A stretch of 64,000 nucleotides of DNA from Hemiscyllium ocellatum. Taxonomy: Eukaryota. Where the stretch lies: NCBI RefSeq assembly GCF_020745735.1, contig NC_083410.1, forward strand, positions 46,536,117-46,600,116, written 5' to 3'. Below the pieces are notes generated by a model, which did not search any database, had not been told where the DNA came from, and was given only the letters and a program-made list of their open reading frames with translations. Positions 1 through 12,529 of the stretch are shown piece by piece (position 1 is the stretch's first letter; each line of letters opens with the position of its first letter). The position numbers and the translations under genes were made by a program.

Positions 1-108
1 TTTCGGAGTGCCGCTCCTTTAGCCACCTGATGAAGGAGCGGCACTCTGAAAACCAGTGCATACAAATAAATCTGTTGGACTATAACCTGGTTTGTGCGAT
101 TTTTAACT
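1..108 (+). mobile_element. Penelope-like element terminal-repeat fragment (family B) with degenerate hammerhead and fold-back at window edge
   Basis: CTGATGA-AGGAGCGGCACTCT-GAAA core followed by the same tail (ctgttggactataacctgg...gatttttaactt) seen reverse-complemented at 39010-39133 and 46828-46985; bases 1-19 are the reverse complement of 32-50. Confidence 0.8.
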
Positions 109-127
109 TCTCCAAATCATTACTAGA

Positions 128-589
128 TAGGAGAGGGTTTAGAAAAGATATACTGGGAATGGAGAGTTTTAGATTTAAAATAGACTGGAAAGGCTGGGAC
201 ATTTTTTACTGGAGCAAAGAAGGGTGAGGAGTGACCTTATTGAAGTTTATAAAATTATGAGGGGCATAGATAAGGTAAATGTCATGGGTTTTTTCCTTAG
301 GTTTGGGGAATTGAAAGCTAAGGGTCATATTTTTAAGGTCAGAGGAGAAAGATTTAAAAAGGACATGAGGGGCTACTTTTTTAGACAGAGAGTGGTTCAT
401 AGGTGGAATAAACATCCAGAGAAAGTGGTGGCTGTAGATACTGATAGAACATTTAAAAGACATTTGGATAAGTTCATGAATAGGAAATGTTTAGAGGGAC
501 AGACAGGTGAGACTAGTTTAATTTAGGAGCATGATCAGCGCGCACTGGATGAACCAAAGAGTCTGTTTCCATGCTGTATGACTCTATGA
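128..589 (+). mobile_element. CR1 LINE (HER1-type) 3' end
   Basis: ORF 224-526 DLIEVYKIMRGIDKV...FFRQRVVHRWN is the CR1 ORF2 C-terminus; ends in TATGACTCTATGA tail. Confidence 0.9.
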
Positions 590-759
590 GAACAAGGCCA
601 TAACAGGGCTATTAAATAATTGCTTTAATTTTGTCTTCACCAAAGTCCCAAATAAATTCCCAGAAATGTTGAGGATGTAAGATAATGCCTGATAACATCA
701 TTTATATAATCATAATTAACATATTTATTTTTCATCATACTACTGATACTCCCTTCAAG

Positions 760-1425
760 TAACCGAGAGGAAGTAAGATAACAGCTCAACTATGCACAAA
801 TGTAAGGAGGTCAACAGTTCAGTAAGCATGCCAGATAAGTACTTGATTTGTCGAAAAGACAATTTGTACTGTACAGGATCTAATCATGAAAACCTGTAAC
901 CTAGAGAAAGTTGCTGGTGAAGCTGAGACTTTAAGATCATAAACCATACACCACAATAGGAAGCAAATAAGGAGGAACAGAATCTATATTCCACCTCTAC
1001 CTGAACTGGAGAAGATTATCAACAACTTCAGAAACATCACTTCCCAGTAAGACAAGCGTCAACGGAATCCCTAACAAGCAGTGCAATGTCAACAACACCA
1101 CTGTCAAGTGACACAACATTAACAATATCAATTATGACTCCTATAAACCAGAAACAGCATGTACAATATCACCTGGCAGCCTTCATCTCAGATTTGGGAG
1201 TGAGGAGTGCCAAATCTACAACTTAAAGCAGAACATCCTACCGCCTGAGAGATACATGTAAAATATTCTCAAGAGAGAATTCAAGATGTAAAATCATCTT
1301 AAGGTGTTCAGTTTATTTTAAAAGTTCTCTTGTTAATTTTCCTTACCTTAAAAAGTAGTTAATGTTTGGAACAGTTATATTAACAGAGAGGCAAATTTTT
1401 CATTTTAAACAAAATAAGATGTGGG
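760..1425 (+). mobile_element. Gypsy LTR retrotransposon 3' pol remnant (post-integrase)
   Basis: Degenerate reading VQDLIMKT..EKVAGEAETLRS*...KQIRRNRIYI and LPPERYM, typical of the Gypsy post-integrase W..PRSY..RRNR motif. Confidence 0.6.
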
Positions 1426-1829
1426 GTGCCGCATGCACAGTTACATTGCTACATAACAACGTATTAATCTTCCAGCCACAAGGAGAGCTGAAAGAAACAT
1501 ACTCAATGAAATTATAGTATTTTGAATCCAAAATGTTTTTATATTATAAATTCTGAGAACTAGAAAAATTATCAGAAACAGTGGCAGTTTCTTTCAGTGG
1601 GTCAGGTGGTGGTGGGGTCAGGGAGACAATCGCTGAAAGAAAATACAGACTGCTACGGCAAGGACTCCAATAAATGAACAACACACAGTGCAGAGAGAGA
1701 TATGGCAAAGGTTACACAAGGGGAAATTACAATATCAATGGGTGGAATCTTCAAACATTCATTATGCAAAACCTATCTAGTGCCTGTCATTGCCCAAGCT
1801 CTCATACCAGTCTTCAAGGATATTTATTT

Positions 1830-2770
1830 GAAGAGACGCTGACGCATCCATTAACTTGGCATGTTCACTTTCATTCCCCTGTGTGGGGTTATTTGGGCTG
1901 AAAGGACAAGGATTTGACTGGGTGTTTACCTGAGCAAAGTACCTATTGGCATAGGATAACCCAAATTAAACAGTTAACCATATGGCTTAGTGGAAGGGTG
2001 TTAATTCATGTGACCTTGGCACTAGTACAGGGGAAGCAAATGGGAGATGTTCCATTGAAATAGAGTCCATATACCATATCGAAACCAGTATTCTGGCAAA
2101 TTGTTAAACTAGATCTGGGGATAGAATTTTAAACTAAATGCTGTGAGGGGAAGAGGTCAGATAAAGGGAGACTTAGAAACCCAAAGACTAAAATCAAGGT
2201 AATATTGCAGTGCAGGTGATTTTGATAAAGATAAGCAGAATGGGACAGAAAATAAATGGAGAATATAATAACACATCTAATGCATCAATGAATAAGGTTT
2301 TTAAAAAAGTAAATGGTAAAAATGCAACTAAAGGCTCTTCCCTGAATATGTGAATTTTATGCATGAAGATAGATGAAGTACTGGTACATAACCTAAATGA
2401 TATAAAAGTAATCACCATTACAGGAAATCATTACAAAGTGACCATAGTTGTAAAATTGCAGGCTACACAGCATTTTAGAATGACAGGCAAAATGAAAAAG
2501 GAGGGGAATAGCCCTGATAGTGAAGGATGTCAGAAAGACGGTAGTAAGAAAGGATGTTGACTCAGAAAATCAAGAAATTGAATCAGAATGGATGGAAATT
2601 AGAATTTTAAAGGATCAGCAAATATTATAAAGAAGCATTAATAGGACACTTAACAGAATTATATCTTTGCCAGAGCATTAAGCAGGAAATAATCATAGCT
2701 TGTAACAAAGAATACTCATTCAAAACATTCATCTTCTTGTAAACTGGACAATTGAAACTAGTAAAGGCAG
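1830..2770 (+). mobile_element. Highly decayed CR1 ORF1 end / ORF2 endonuclease fragment
   Basis: KIDEVL...ITITG...GYT.F.NDRQ..KGGE*IALIVK-like APE endonuclease motifs, homologous to 59390-59900. Confidence 0.65.
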
Positions 2771-3160
2771 CCTGGAATTTTCCAGTCAGCCTTCAGATCA
2801 TTGGAAAATCATCAGGGAACCAAATTGTTGCTGGGTGGCTGCCTCCCATTGACAGATCATGCAGCAATGCTCCAAACAGGGTTGGAGTTACATCCTGCGT
2901 GGTTTTAGTGGCGTTTTGATACACCCTCACTCTCGTACCCAGAAGAGCAACCTTCTCATTCTACCATGTACTGGGCTATCTATTGACAGCTTTACAAAAC
3001 ATTCTACTTCCTTGAATTAAATGTTAAGCCTGCCTTCTAGTCACTATTTGACCACCTTGAGATAATCAGAGGAGAGTGACTCTTGCCCCAACAGCGCAGG
3101 CGTCTGTCCCTTACTTCAGCCTATTAGTGGGGTCCTGTGCCTGTGGGGAATATCCACCCA
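2770..3160. mobile_element. Possible non-autonomous DNA transposon (MITE-like)
   Basis: Imperfect inverted ends (gcctggaattttcc ... ggaatatccaccc) bounding a GC-richer segment; no TSD resolved. Confidence 0.25.
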
Positions 3161-3344
3161 AAGGTGTTACAAAGGTATAGAAGCAGTATAAGTCAGGCAA
3201 CAAGATAACAGGTGAGAATATAATGTTGAGATGTGTGAAATTTGTTTGGTATTGAGAGTAGAAATTCAGAAGAATATTTGAACGGCGTGAAACTTGTAAA
3301 CACTAAGGCTGAACTTGATTGAGGTAGTGAATGTCTCATCATCA

Positions 3345-5450
3345 AGACAGCCAAAGCAACTCTTTAATACAAGGCCAATTAGGCATTGACAGAGCCATTG
3401 TGGGCCTTTGTCTGGAATTGCAACTCCAAGGACATAAGCCTCCCCCACAATGGGGTTCAAATTTCTGTTTTTGTGACAATGGAGATGGTGATGGAAGGAG
3501 CAGATGTATAAAAACAAGAGAAGCTGGGTGTTTTCTCGTGAACAGCCCCTCTGCTGTGTCCAGTCTTCTGCAACGCCTTTGATCAAGAGACCTCCCAGGT
3601 GACAGGTTTCTACCAAAAGTTGATCTATTGGGCATGCAGCATAGTATGCATGTGGTGAGGTTATTTCAGCTTCTGTTTGACAATTCTGGAATTTTCCACA
3701 GTATATTCAAGTTATCAGAACTTTGACCATTCACTTGTCCTTTGTATGTCAAAGTAGGCCCAGTGGGGCCTAATCTGAGTATTAGTGAGCAGTGTTGACA
3801 AAATGTTGCTTGGCAGCACTGCTGATGATATCATTCAGCACTGTGTTGATGATTGAGAGTAAACTGGTATGGTAGTTCATGGTCAGGTAAAATTTGTCTT
3901 ACTATTTGGGCAATTTTCCACATTGTTCATTGTTTCCACATTGAGTTATAATTATACTGAAACAAGGTGAAGCTAACTCTGGAGCACAAGGTTTCAGATA
4001 TATTGTTGGAATGTTGTCAGGGGCCATAATCTTTGCAGTATCCAATGCCTTTAAATAATCGACAGTTCTGGAGTTTTCCACAGCATATTCAACTTACCAG
4101 AACTTTGACCATTCACTTACAATCTAAATTCCCTTGTATGTCAAATTAGGGGTGACATTATAAATGTTTGCAAAATTATGAGGGCCATGGATAGGATAAA
4201 CTAACAAAGTCTTTTCCCTGGGGTGGGGGAGTCCAGAACTAAAGGGTTTAGGATTTAGGGTGAGAGGGGAAAGATATAAATGAGATCTAGGGGCAACCTT
4301 TCCACACAGAGGGTGGTACGTGTATGGAATGAGCTGCCAGAGAAAGTGGTGGAGGCTGGTACAATTGCAACATTTAAAAGGCATTTGGATGGGTATATGA
4401 GCAAGGGTTTAGACGGATATGGGCCGGGTGTTGGCAGGTGGACTAGACTTGGTTGGGATATCTGGTCAGCATGGATGGGTTGTACCGAAGGGTCTGTTTC
4501 CATGTTGTACATCTCTATGACTCTATGACTCTATTTCTTTATGTCATATAGAGTGAAGGAATTGTCTGTAAGTTGACATCTGTGATACTGAGGACCTCAG
4601 GAGGAGTCCAAGATGGATTGCATTTACAGCACTTTTATTTGAAAATGTTTGCAAGTTCTTCAGCATTGTCTTTTGTGTTTGTGTGTTGGGAATCTCTGTT
4701 TTTGAAAGTCAGACATTTGTGGAGCATCCTCCTTCAGTAAGCTGTTTAATTGTCCACCAACATTCACAACAAGATGTGGCAGGGATGCACAACTTCAATC
4801 TGATCTGTTGGTTGTGGTATCACTTAGCTCTGTATATCACTTGTTACTTACTCTGTTTAGCATGCTAATCGTCTGCTGTAGCTCCACCGGGGGGGGGGGG
4901 GACCTCATTTTTAGGTATACACGATACTGCATCTGATATGCCTTTGCATTCCTTGTTGAACTGTGATTGATCCCCTGACTTGTTGATGAAGGAATAGTGA
5001 AGGGATGTGCTAAATTCTGATGTTTCAGATTGTGAGTGAATTTATTCTGCTGCTGATGGCCCAAAACACCTCCTGGATGTCCAAACCTGAGTTGCTAGAT
5101 CTGTTTGAAACCTATTCCATTCAGGGCAGTGCTGGTGTCACACAACAAGACAGAGAATATCCTCAATGTAAAAGTCAGACTTTATTTCCACAGGACTGTG
5201 TAGCGGTCACTCTCACCAATACTGCTTTGGGCAGGTAAATTATTGAGGACAAGTTCAAGTGATGGTTTTTGATGGTTCTCTAACCATGTGCTGCAGGATC
5301 CAGAGGTGATCCTAGTATACTCCATATTACTGTGCTGCCATTTCTGATGTTTATGTCCTGTCTGTTGGAAAGAACATACCAAGTAATGATAATGATGTTA
5401 ATGTGACATTATTTACAAGGTATGATTCAGAGAAAATGGTGATGCTGGGC
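3345..5450 (-). mobile_element. Old CR1/L2-group LINE ORF2 fragment (second family), interrupted at ~4055-4534
   Basis: Minus strand reads ALDTAKIMAPDNIPTIYLKPCAPELASP (pre-RT region); sequence resumes colinearly after 4534. Confidence 0.7.
4148..4533 (+). mobile_element. CR1 (HER1-type) 3' end, relatively young
   Basis: QRVVRVWNELPEKVVEAGTIATFKRHLDGYM; (CTATGACT)n tail. Confidence 0.92.
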
Positions 5451-5689
5451 TATTGCTTGACTACACCTCGGAACAGCTTAATCTTCTTACTCAGCAGCAA
5501 GATTAATATCAATAAGCCAATACTGATATCTATATGGCAGGAGACATTTTTTTTAATTTCTTAAACTTTTTTAAAGCTTTTTTTTCTTTTTGTTTCCATT
5601 TATCATAGTTCTTTTCTGTTTTTGTTTTCTTTTTAAACATGTAAGAACTTGAAATGCGTTGTCAGTGTGGATGTAACAATGATGCTTTC

Positions 5690-5937
5690 TTTTGTGGGAG
5701 AAACTAGAAATAGGAGTCACTGATTTCTAGTGAAGAATGTCCATTTATGGCAGTGATTAGGAGATTTCTTTTCTCAGAGACTTATAAGCCTTTGGAACTC
5801 TCTTCCTCGAAAGGAAAGAGTAATAGAGTCTTTGAATACTTTTAAGGAGAGGTTGATAGATTTTTGATTAAGCAAAGAGGTGAAAAGTTATAGAGGGCAA
5901 GTGAGCATGTGGAACAATCAGACCAGCCATGATCATT
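5690..5937 (+). mobile_element. CR1 3' fragment
   Basis: GETRNRSH...FFSQRLISLWNSLP; ends in cagccatgatcatt like 19890. Confidence 0.75.
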
Positions 5938-6875
5938 GAGTCATAGAGATGTACAACATGGAAACAAACCCTTCGGTTCAACCCATCCATATCGACCAGA
6001 TACCCTAAATTATTTTAGTTCTATTTGCCAACATTTGCCCTGTATCCCTCTAAACCCTTCCTATTCATATAGCCATCCTAAATATTGTAATTATATCAGC
6101 CTCCACCACTTATTCTGGTAGTTCATTCCACACACGCACCACCCTCTGCAAGAAAATTTTGCCCCTTAGGTCCCTTTTAAATCTTTCCCCTCCAACCTTA
6201 AACTTATGCCCTTTAGTTTTGAACTCCCATACCCTGGGGAAAAGACCTTGACTATTTACCCTATCCATGCCTCTCATGATTTTACAAACTTCTATAAGGT
6301 CACACTTCAGCCTCCAATGCTCTTGAGAAAATAGCTCCAGCCTTTTCAGCCAATAGCTCAAACCTTCTAACCCGGCAACATCTTTGCAAATCTTTTCTGA
6401 ACCCTTTCAAGTTTAACAACACCCTTCCTATAGCGGGGAGACCAGAACTGAACACAGTATTCCAAAAGTAGCCAAACCAATCTCCTGTACAGCTGTTATA
6501 TGACCTTCCTACTCCTAACCTCAATGCACTGACCAATAAAGGCCAGCGTATCAAACACCTTCTTCACTGCCCTATCTACCTGCAATTCCACTTTCAAGGA
6601 GCTATGAATCTGCACTCCAAGTTCCCTTTGCTTCGCAACACTCCGCAGGACTTTACCATTAAGTGTATATGTCCTTCCCTGATTTGCCCTACCAAAATGT
6701 AGCACCTCACATTTATCTAGATTAAAGTCCATCTGCCACTCCCAGTCCATCAGCCTATCTCATCAAAGTCCCATTGTTCTCTGAGGTAACCTTGTTCGTT
6801 GTTCACCCCATCTCCAATTTTGCTGTCATCTGCAAATTTACAAACCATATCTCTTATGTTCACATCCAAATCATT
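5938..6875 (-). mobile_element. CR1 (HER1-type) 3' portion of ORF2 plus tail
   Basis: ORFs 6110-6361 and 6496-6750 (WQMDFNLDKCEVLHFG; DLIEVCKIMRG); gagtcatagag tail at 5938. Confidence 0.92.
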
Positions 6876-7049
6876 CTCTTACTCTTAATTTTCATATTTG
6901 CAATGTCTCACTGTGCCCAAACTTTATTCACAATGTTAACGTTTATATATTCATTTATATGATTACATTTACCACTGCAACTTCCTCCTCCCACCCACCC
7001 CCCCACCCCACAAGTCTCTGACTTCACAAGTTCAGTCAAAACCTGTCTA

Positions 7050-7470
7050 GAACTAGAGGGTATAATCTCGGAGTGAGGGTCACCCATTTAAGATAGAATT
7101 GAGGAAAAACCTCTTCTGTCAGAGGATAGTGACTCAGTGAAATTCTTTACTGCAGGTGACTGAACAGGCTAAGTTACTGCTGGGTTCTGAGGAAGTGTCA
7201 CCGGACCCAAAAATTAACTCTGATTTCTCTGCACAGATGCTGCCAAACCTGCCGAGCTTTTCTAGGAAGTTCTGTTTATGAATAGACTGTGTTGTCATGC
7301 ATATTCAAAGTTGGGATAGACAGACTGTTCACTGGTAAAGATTTCAAGAGTTTGAGGGATAAGGCGGGAAAGTGGAATTCAGGATTATAAGATCAGCCAT
7401 TGTCTTATTGAATGGTGGCGCAGGTTCAATGGGCTAAATTGCCCATTCATGCTCCTATAGGTCATGGTCT
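7050..7470 (+). mobile_element. CR1 3' fragment hosting a PLE insertion
   Basis: SRTRGYNL...LRKNLFCQRIV; 3' UTR cagccat...gaatggtgg. Confidence 0.75.
7176..7278 (+). mobile_element. Short PLE terminal fragment (family C) with degenerate hammerhead
   Basis: CTGAGGA-AGTGTCACCGGACCC-AAAA then gatgctgcc.acctgc tail shared with other PLE ends; degenerate flanking repeat tgaacaggct/tgaatagact. Confidence 0.6.
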
Positions 7471-8254
7471 TCAGAACCATGTATTGGATCAATTGGTATT
7501 GCTTGCATCATCTGAATGTTGAAGTTCCATGGAGTCAGATGCAACCCATCTTCAAGTCTTTGTCCTCAATCTGTTGAAATGTCCATGTTCAATACAAAAA
7601 TCTTTTATTTAATATTGTAGATCAGATTGAACATCTTCATTCCCACTGTATCTGACTTACTGATAAGCCTGCAGGTATTGGGGTTCACTTTAACTTTTGT
7701 TGTGAGACTTAAGGCAATTTCCATTATAGATTGAGTTGAGAAATCCAATCCAGAAGTTTAGCAGCCCTGAATAAGTACATGGCACATTGCTTTCACAAAA
7801 TTCACAGAATTTATTTAGCTTATCAAAACAAGTACAAAAGAAGCGATGATACTCAATAAAATCAATGCTTTTCAATCAATTCAATTTGGGACAGCTCCTC
7901 ACCTGCTCACAACACTGATTGACTGGATGCAACTCTTTTGTTCTCTTCCCTTGACTTAAGTTTTCCTAATGTCTTTGGTTTCCCTTCTTGTACACCTTAT
8001 CACTAAGACTCACTTCTGGTTAACTCTCCTCTACCCCCTATGAAGGATCAGAGGCATCCCGAACTACAAAAAAGGTTTGCCAGTGTGTGGGCCGCACATG
8101 ATCAATCTCAAATTGTCTAAACAGTATGTGCCCACTTCCTGGTTGATATTTTTAAAAGTTGTAGCAATTTTCTACTGACATAATTTCCTATTATCCCCTG
8201 ATTCATTCCTCCTATTGTGGATTCATTTGTTTAGCTTGTGATTTCATATTTCAG

Positions 8255-10525
8255 GGCCAGATGTTCCTGTTTGTGTGAAGGGAAATGTTGGCAGGAGTAG
8301 GGGACACTAGATGACTAGAGATATTGAGGCCCTGGTCAGGAAAAGAAGGAGACATATGTCAAGAAAGAGACTGATGGATTCAAGTGAATCCCTTGAGGAA
8401 TATAGGAAAACATTAGATTACTTACAGTGTGGAAACAGGCCCTTCGGCCCAACAAGTAGACACCAACCCGCCACCCACCCATACCCCTACATTTACCCCT
8501 TATCTAACACTATGGGCAATTTAGCATGGCCAATTCGCCTGGCCTGCACATCTTTAAACTGTGGGAGGAAACCCACGCAGACATGGGGAGAATGTGCAAA
8601 CTCCACACAGTCAGTCGCCTGAGTCAGGAATTGAACCTAGGTCTCTGGTGCTGTGAGGCAGCAGTGCTAACCACTGTGCCACCGTGCCACTTAAGAGGGA
8701 GGGCAAAAAGGGGACATGAAATAGCTTTGTTGGACAATTCAAAGAGATTCTACAAACATTTTAGGGGCAAAAGAACAACTAGGGATAGTGTAAGGCCCCT
8801 CAAAGATCAACAAAGCTGTCTATGGGTGGAGCTACAGGAAATGAGTGAGATCCTAAATGAATATTTTGCTTCAGTATTTACCACAGCGAAAGACATGGAA
8901 GCTAAGGAACTCAGGAAGATAAATAGTGATATCTTGAATGCAGTCTGGATTACAGAAGAGGAGGTGCTGGAGCTCTCAAAATGCATAAAGGTAGATATAT
9001 TCCTTGGACTTGATCGAGCATATCCCAGGACATTGAGGGAAGCTAGGGAAGAAATAGTAGGGTCCATAGCAGAAACATTTGCATCATCAACAGCTGGAAG
9101 ACTGGAGGGTGGCTAGGATTGTGCCATTATTTAAGAAAGGCTGCAAGTAAAAGCCAGGAAACTACAGACTGGTGAGCCTGAAATCAATGGTAGGAAGGTT
9201 TTTGGAGGGGATAGTATCTACATGCATTTGGAAAGGCAATGATTAGGGATAGTCAGCAGGGCTTTTTGTGTGAGAAATCGTGTCTCACAAACTAGATTAA
9301 GTTTTTGTAAAGGTGAGCAAGAAGATACATGAAGGCAGAGCAGAAGATGTTGTCTACATGGACTTTAGCAAAGCTTTCGACAAGGTTCCACATGGTAGAA
9401 CTAGTGAGTAAGGTTAGATCACAAGGACTCAAAGGACAGCTAGCCAATTGGATACAAAATTGGCTTGCTAGTAGGAGACAGAGGGTGATGGTACAAGGTT
9501 GTTGTTCGGACTGGAGACTGTGACCAGCGGTATGCCGCAAGGATTGGTGTTGGCTCAATTTTTGTTGTCATTTATGTAAGTGATTTGGATGAAATTACAG
9601 GAAGCATGGTCAGTAAGTTTTCAAATTAAAGTAAAATTGGTGGTATAGTCAACAGGAAAGAAGGTTACCTCAGAGTAAATGGGACCTTGATCAACTGGGC
9701 CTTGGGCCAAGGAATGACAGATGGATTTTAATGTAGATAAATGGGAGGTGTTGCATTTTGGTAAGACCAATCAGGGTTGAACTTATACAATTACCGCTAG
9801 AGCCCTGGAGAGTGTTGGCAAACAGTGAGTCCTAGGGATGCAAGTACACAGTTCCTTCAAAGTAGCATCCCAGGTAGACAAGGTGGTGAAAAGGCATTTG
9901 GCAGCTTGCCTTCATTAGTCAGAGCATTGAGTATAACAGTTGGGATGTCATGATACAGCTGTACAAGGCATTGCTAAGGCTACATTTGGAGTACTGGGTG
10001 CAAGTGTGGTAATCCTGCTATAGAAATGATGTTATTAAACTAGAAAGGGTACAAAAATGATTTACAAGAATGTGAGACTTGAAGGTTTGATTTATAAGGA
10101 GAGGCTGAATTGGTTAAGACATTTTTCCCTATAGCGTACGAAACTGATGGTTGACCTTACAGAGGTTTATAAAATCATGAGGGGCATAGTTAATGTAAAT
10201 AGGCGTGGTCTTTTCCCCAGAATAGGGGAGTCCAAAGCTAGAGGACATTAGTTTAAGGTGAGAGGAGAAAGATGTAAAGGGACCTGAGGGCCAACTTTTT
10301 TACTTAGAGGATGGTGTGTATATGGAATGAGCTGGCAGAGGAAGTGGTAGGGGTGGGTACAGTTCCAAAATTTAAAAGACACTTGGACAGGTACCTGAAT
10401 ATGATAGGTTTAAAGGGATATGGGCCAAACACAGACAAATCAGACTAATTTAGTTTAAGAAAGCGAATGCATAGACAAGTTGAGCTGAAGGGCCTGTTTC
10501 CATGCTGTATGACTCTATGAATCTA
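8255..10525 (+). mobile_element. CR1 LINE ORF2 (RT region to 3' tail), pseudogenised
   Basis: EILNEYFASVFT, VYMDFSKAFDKVPHG, SGMPQG motifs with stops and frameshifts; TATGACTCTATGA tail. Confidence 0.93.
8413..8688 (-). mobile_element. HE1-type tRNA-derived V-SINE
   Basis: Pol III A box TGGCACAGTGG and B box GGTTCAATTCC on minus strand, V-domain gtttgcacattctccccatgtctgcgtggg, (AATCT)n tail. Confidence 0.93.
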
Positions 10526-11195
10526 TGATATCTAGTTTGGCAACAGTTGTGTATTTTAAGAACTGGTTTCTCCAAGATCTCCAATCTTGCCTTCTATTTG
10601 GTGTATCTCTGAAATTAAATCAACCAGGCAGTATTATTTTCTCTTGTAATTTCATCTTACTTTGTCTATTTATTCTTCTTGCTTCAGAGCATTTTAATTT
10701 TGCAATATCTCAATACTGCTATTGACCTTTCCAAGTAGATTCTTACCTTTTCAATGTAATTTTTTTAAAAATTTTCCTTGTCTTTAATGCTTTTAGACTA
10801 TTAACTTGCAATGCCATGTCATTGTATTGCTCACTGGGAACATTTGCAATCCTCTATGAGCAAATTGATGGTCTGCTTTCATGTCGTGGGTAAAATGAAT
10901 GATTTTCCACATTTCTGCCTAATAAACAACAGCTGTCCTTTTCCACAATTTCCCCAAATAAAGCCTTAAGCCTGCAGCCTTCATAAATCCTTGTCGCCTG
11001 AACCCTGCTTTAAATTATAGATCTTCCGTTTTTATCACAACCTCACTAATCAACTTAGTATCTTGTTGTTTGATTCCATCTGTTTAGACTTTTAAATTGT
11101 CCCTTTGTTACCCTAATTATGGCTTTGCAATGTTACCAGTGCTGCAACTTCAGTTTAAATTAGTTCAATATCCCTTGGTTTCCATATCTTGTACT

Positions 11196-11331
11196 AGGCA
11201 AAAGTGAGGACTGCAGATGCTGGAAATCAGAGTCTAGATTCGAGTGGTGCTAGAAAAGCACAGCCAGTCAGGCAGCATCCGAGGAGCAGGAAAATCGATG
11301 TTTCGGGCAAAAGCCCTTCATTAGGACTGAC
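11196..11331 (-). mobile_element. Short PLE family A terminal insertion with mutated hammerhead
   Basis: Matches 47042-47170; 8-bp TSD CTTGTACT (11188-11195, 11332-11339); core mutated to CTAATGA/GAAACATC. Confidence 0.85.
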
Positions 11332-12002
11332 CTTGTACTGTCAGCTCACTATAAAGGCAATGCTTTCGGTGAGCTGCCGTTACTCCTTTTAACTGCCATT
11401 CTTCCCAGTTCAAACTATACCATTAATTTCTACTCTTCTTCTTGTTCAACAGAGTTCATTCAGGGTACTCCAGCATCCTTTTGCTTCCTGGCTAAACCTT
11501 TAATTGGCACTCCTTCTGCAAATCCTTGCATCCCAATGGAATCTGTAATGGTCAGGCATAACTAACTTCGAGCCCATATTTGCTTCTGCAAGTTGCTCCT
11601 GTTCTTGCCAGCCTGCCCTAATCAGATCTACAGGAAAAAACTTTATCATTGAGTGCTGTTTCTCCCCTGTTGACCTTTCCATTAGTTTGTCTGCAGGCTC
11701 TTTGATTGTTGTATGTATATGAGTTGTTCCTAAAGTCATAAAGACATTTAAGATGTCAATGGAAATTTACCTGGATGCACTGAAATTCTCTAAATTGATT
11801 ACAAATCCACACTGTTATTACAATGTTGTGAGTGTAGTGATGCCAACCACTACCAGCTTGTTATTGGGCTAGTTTATTGTCACCATTCTGTTTTCTTGAC
11901 TATGTCAAATAGCTTATTGGGTTTATAGTGGTGGGGGAAAACCACTAAGGGATCTTAACGAGAGGAGGCATTTGTCTAAGACAAGATGCATGACAGTAAT
12001 GA

Positions 12003-12313
12003 CGGCACAGTGACTCAGTGGTTAGCACTGCTGCCTCACAGCACCAGGGTCCCAGGTTCGATTCCAGCCTTGGGCGACTATGAGGAGTTTGCACATTCTT
12101 CCCGTGTCTGCGTGGGTTTCTTCCGGGTGCCCCAGTTTCCTCCCACAGTCCAAAGATATGCAGGTCAGGTGAATTGGCCATGCTAAATTGCCCATAATGT
12201 TTGAAGCATTAGTTAGAGGGGAAATGGGTGTAGGTGGGTTACTCTTCAGTGGGTCAGTGTGGACTGGTTGAACCAAAGGGCCCGTTTCCACACTGTAGGA
12301 AATCTAATCTAAT
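12003..12313 (+). mobile_element. HE1-type V-SINE inserted in Gypsy LTR
   Basis: A box TGACTCAGTGG, B box GGTTCGATTCC, V domain, AATCT tail. Confidence 0.92.
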
Positions 12314-12529
12314 TAGGTACGGGTTGCATTAGTATGTTAGATTGTGTTGCAAAGTCTCTTGGGACACTTGTGGATACTGTACATTCTCTTTGAAATGATT
12401 AAATATTTTTCCCATTTAAGACTATATGACATCATCAGATTGGCTAGAGTTTAAAGCAGTCTCCAGCGCTAATGCTTTCAGAACCAGTACTTTATATAAC
12501 AACTGACTCACATCATTTCCTCTTACAAG

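Larger units (their letters stand above)
10526..12501 (-). mobile_element. Gypsy element 5' part: LTR (~11900-12501), leader and gag N-terminus
   Basis: Minus frame KLQEKIILPG*FNFRDTPNRRQDWRSWRNQFLKYTTVAKL is Gypsy gag-like; leader homologous to 41600-42720; LTR homologous to 38390-38642 and 40980-41050, starts TGTTAT at 12501. Confidence 0.65.

Noticed and set aside
8526-9116. 196-aa ORF
   Set aside because: Antisense SINE fused to a CR1 ORF2 fragment
12003-12075. tRNA-like sequences (also in the other SINE heads)
   Set aside because: They are SINE 5' heads followed by V domain and LINE tail, not tRNA genes
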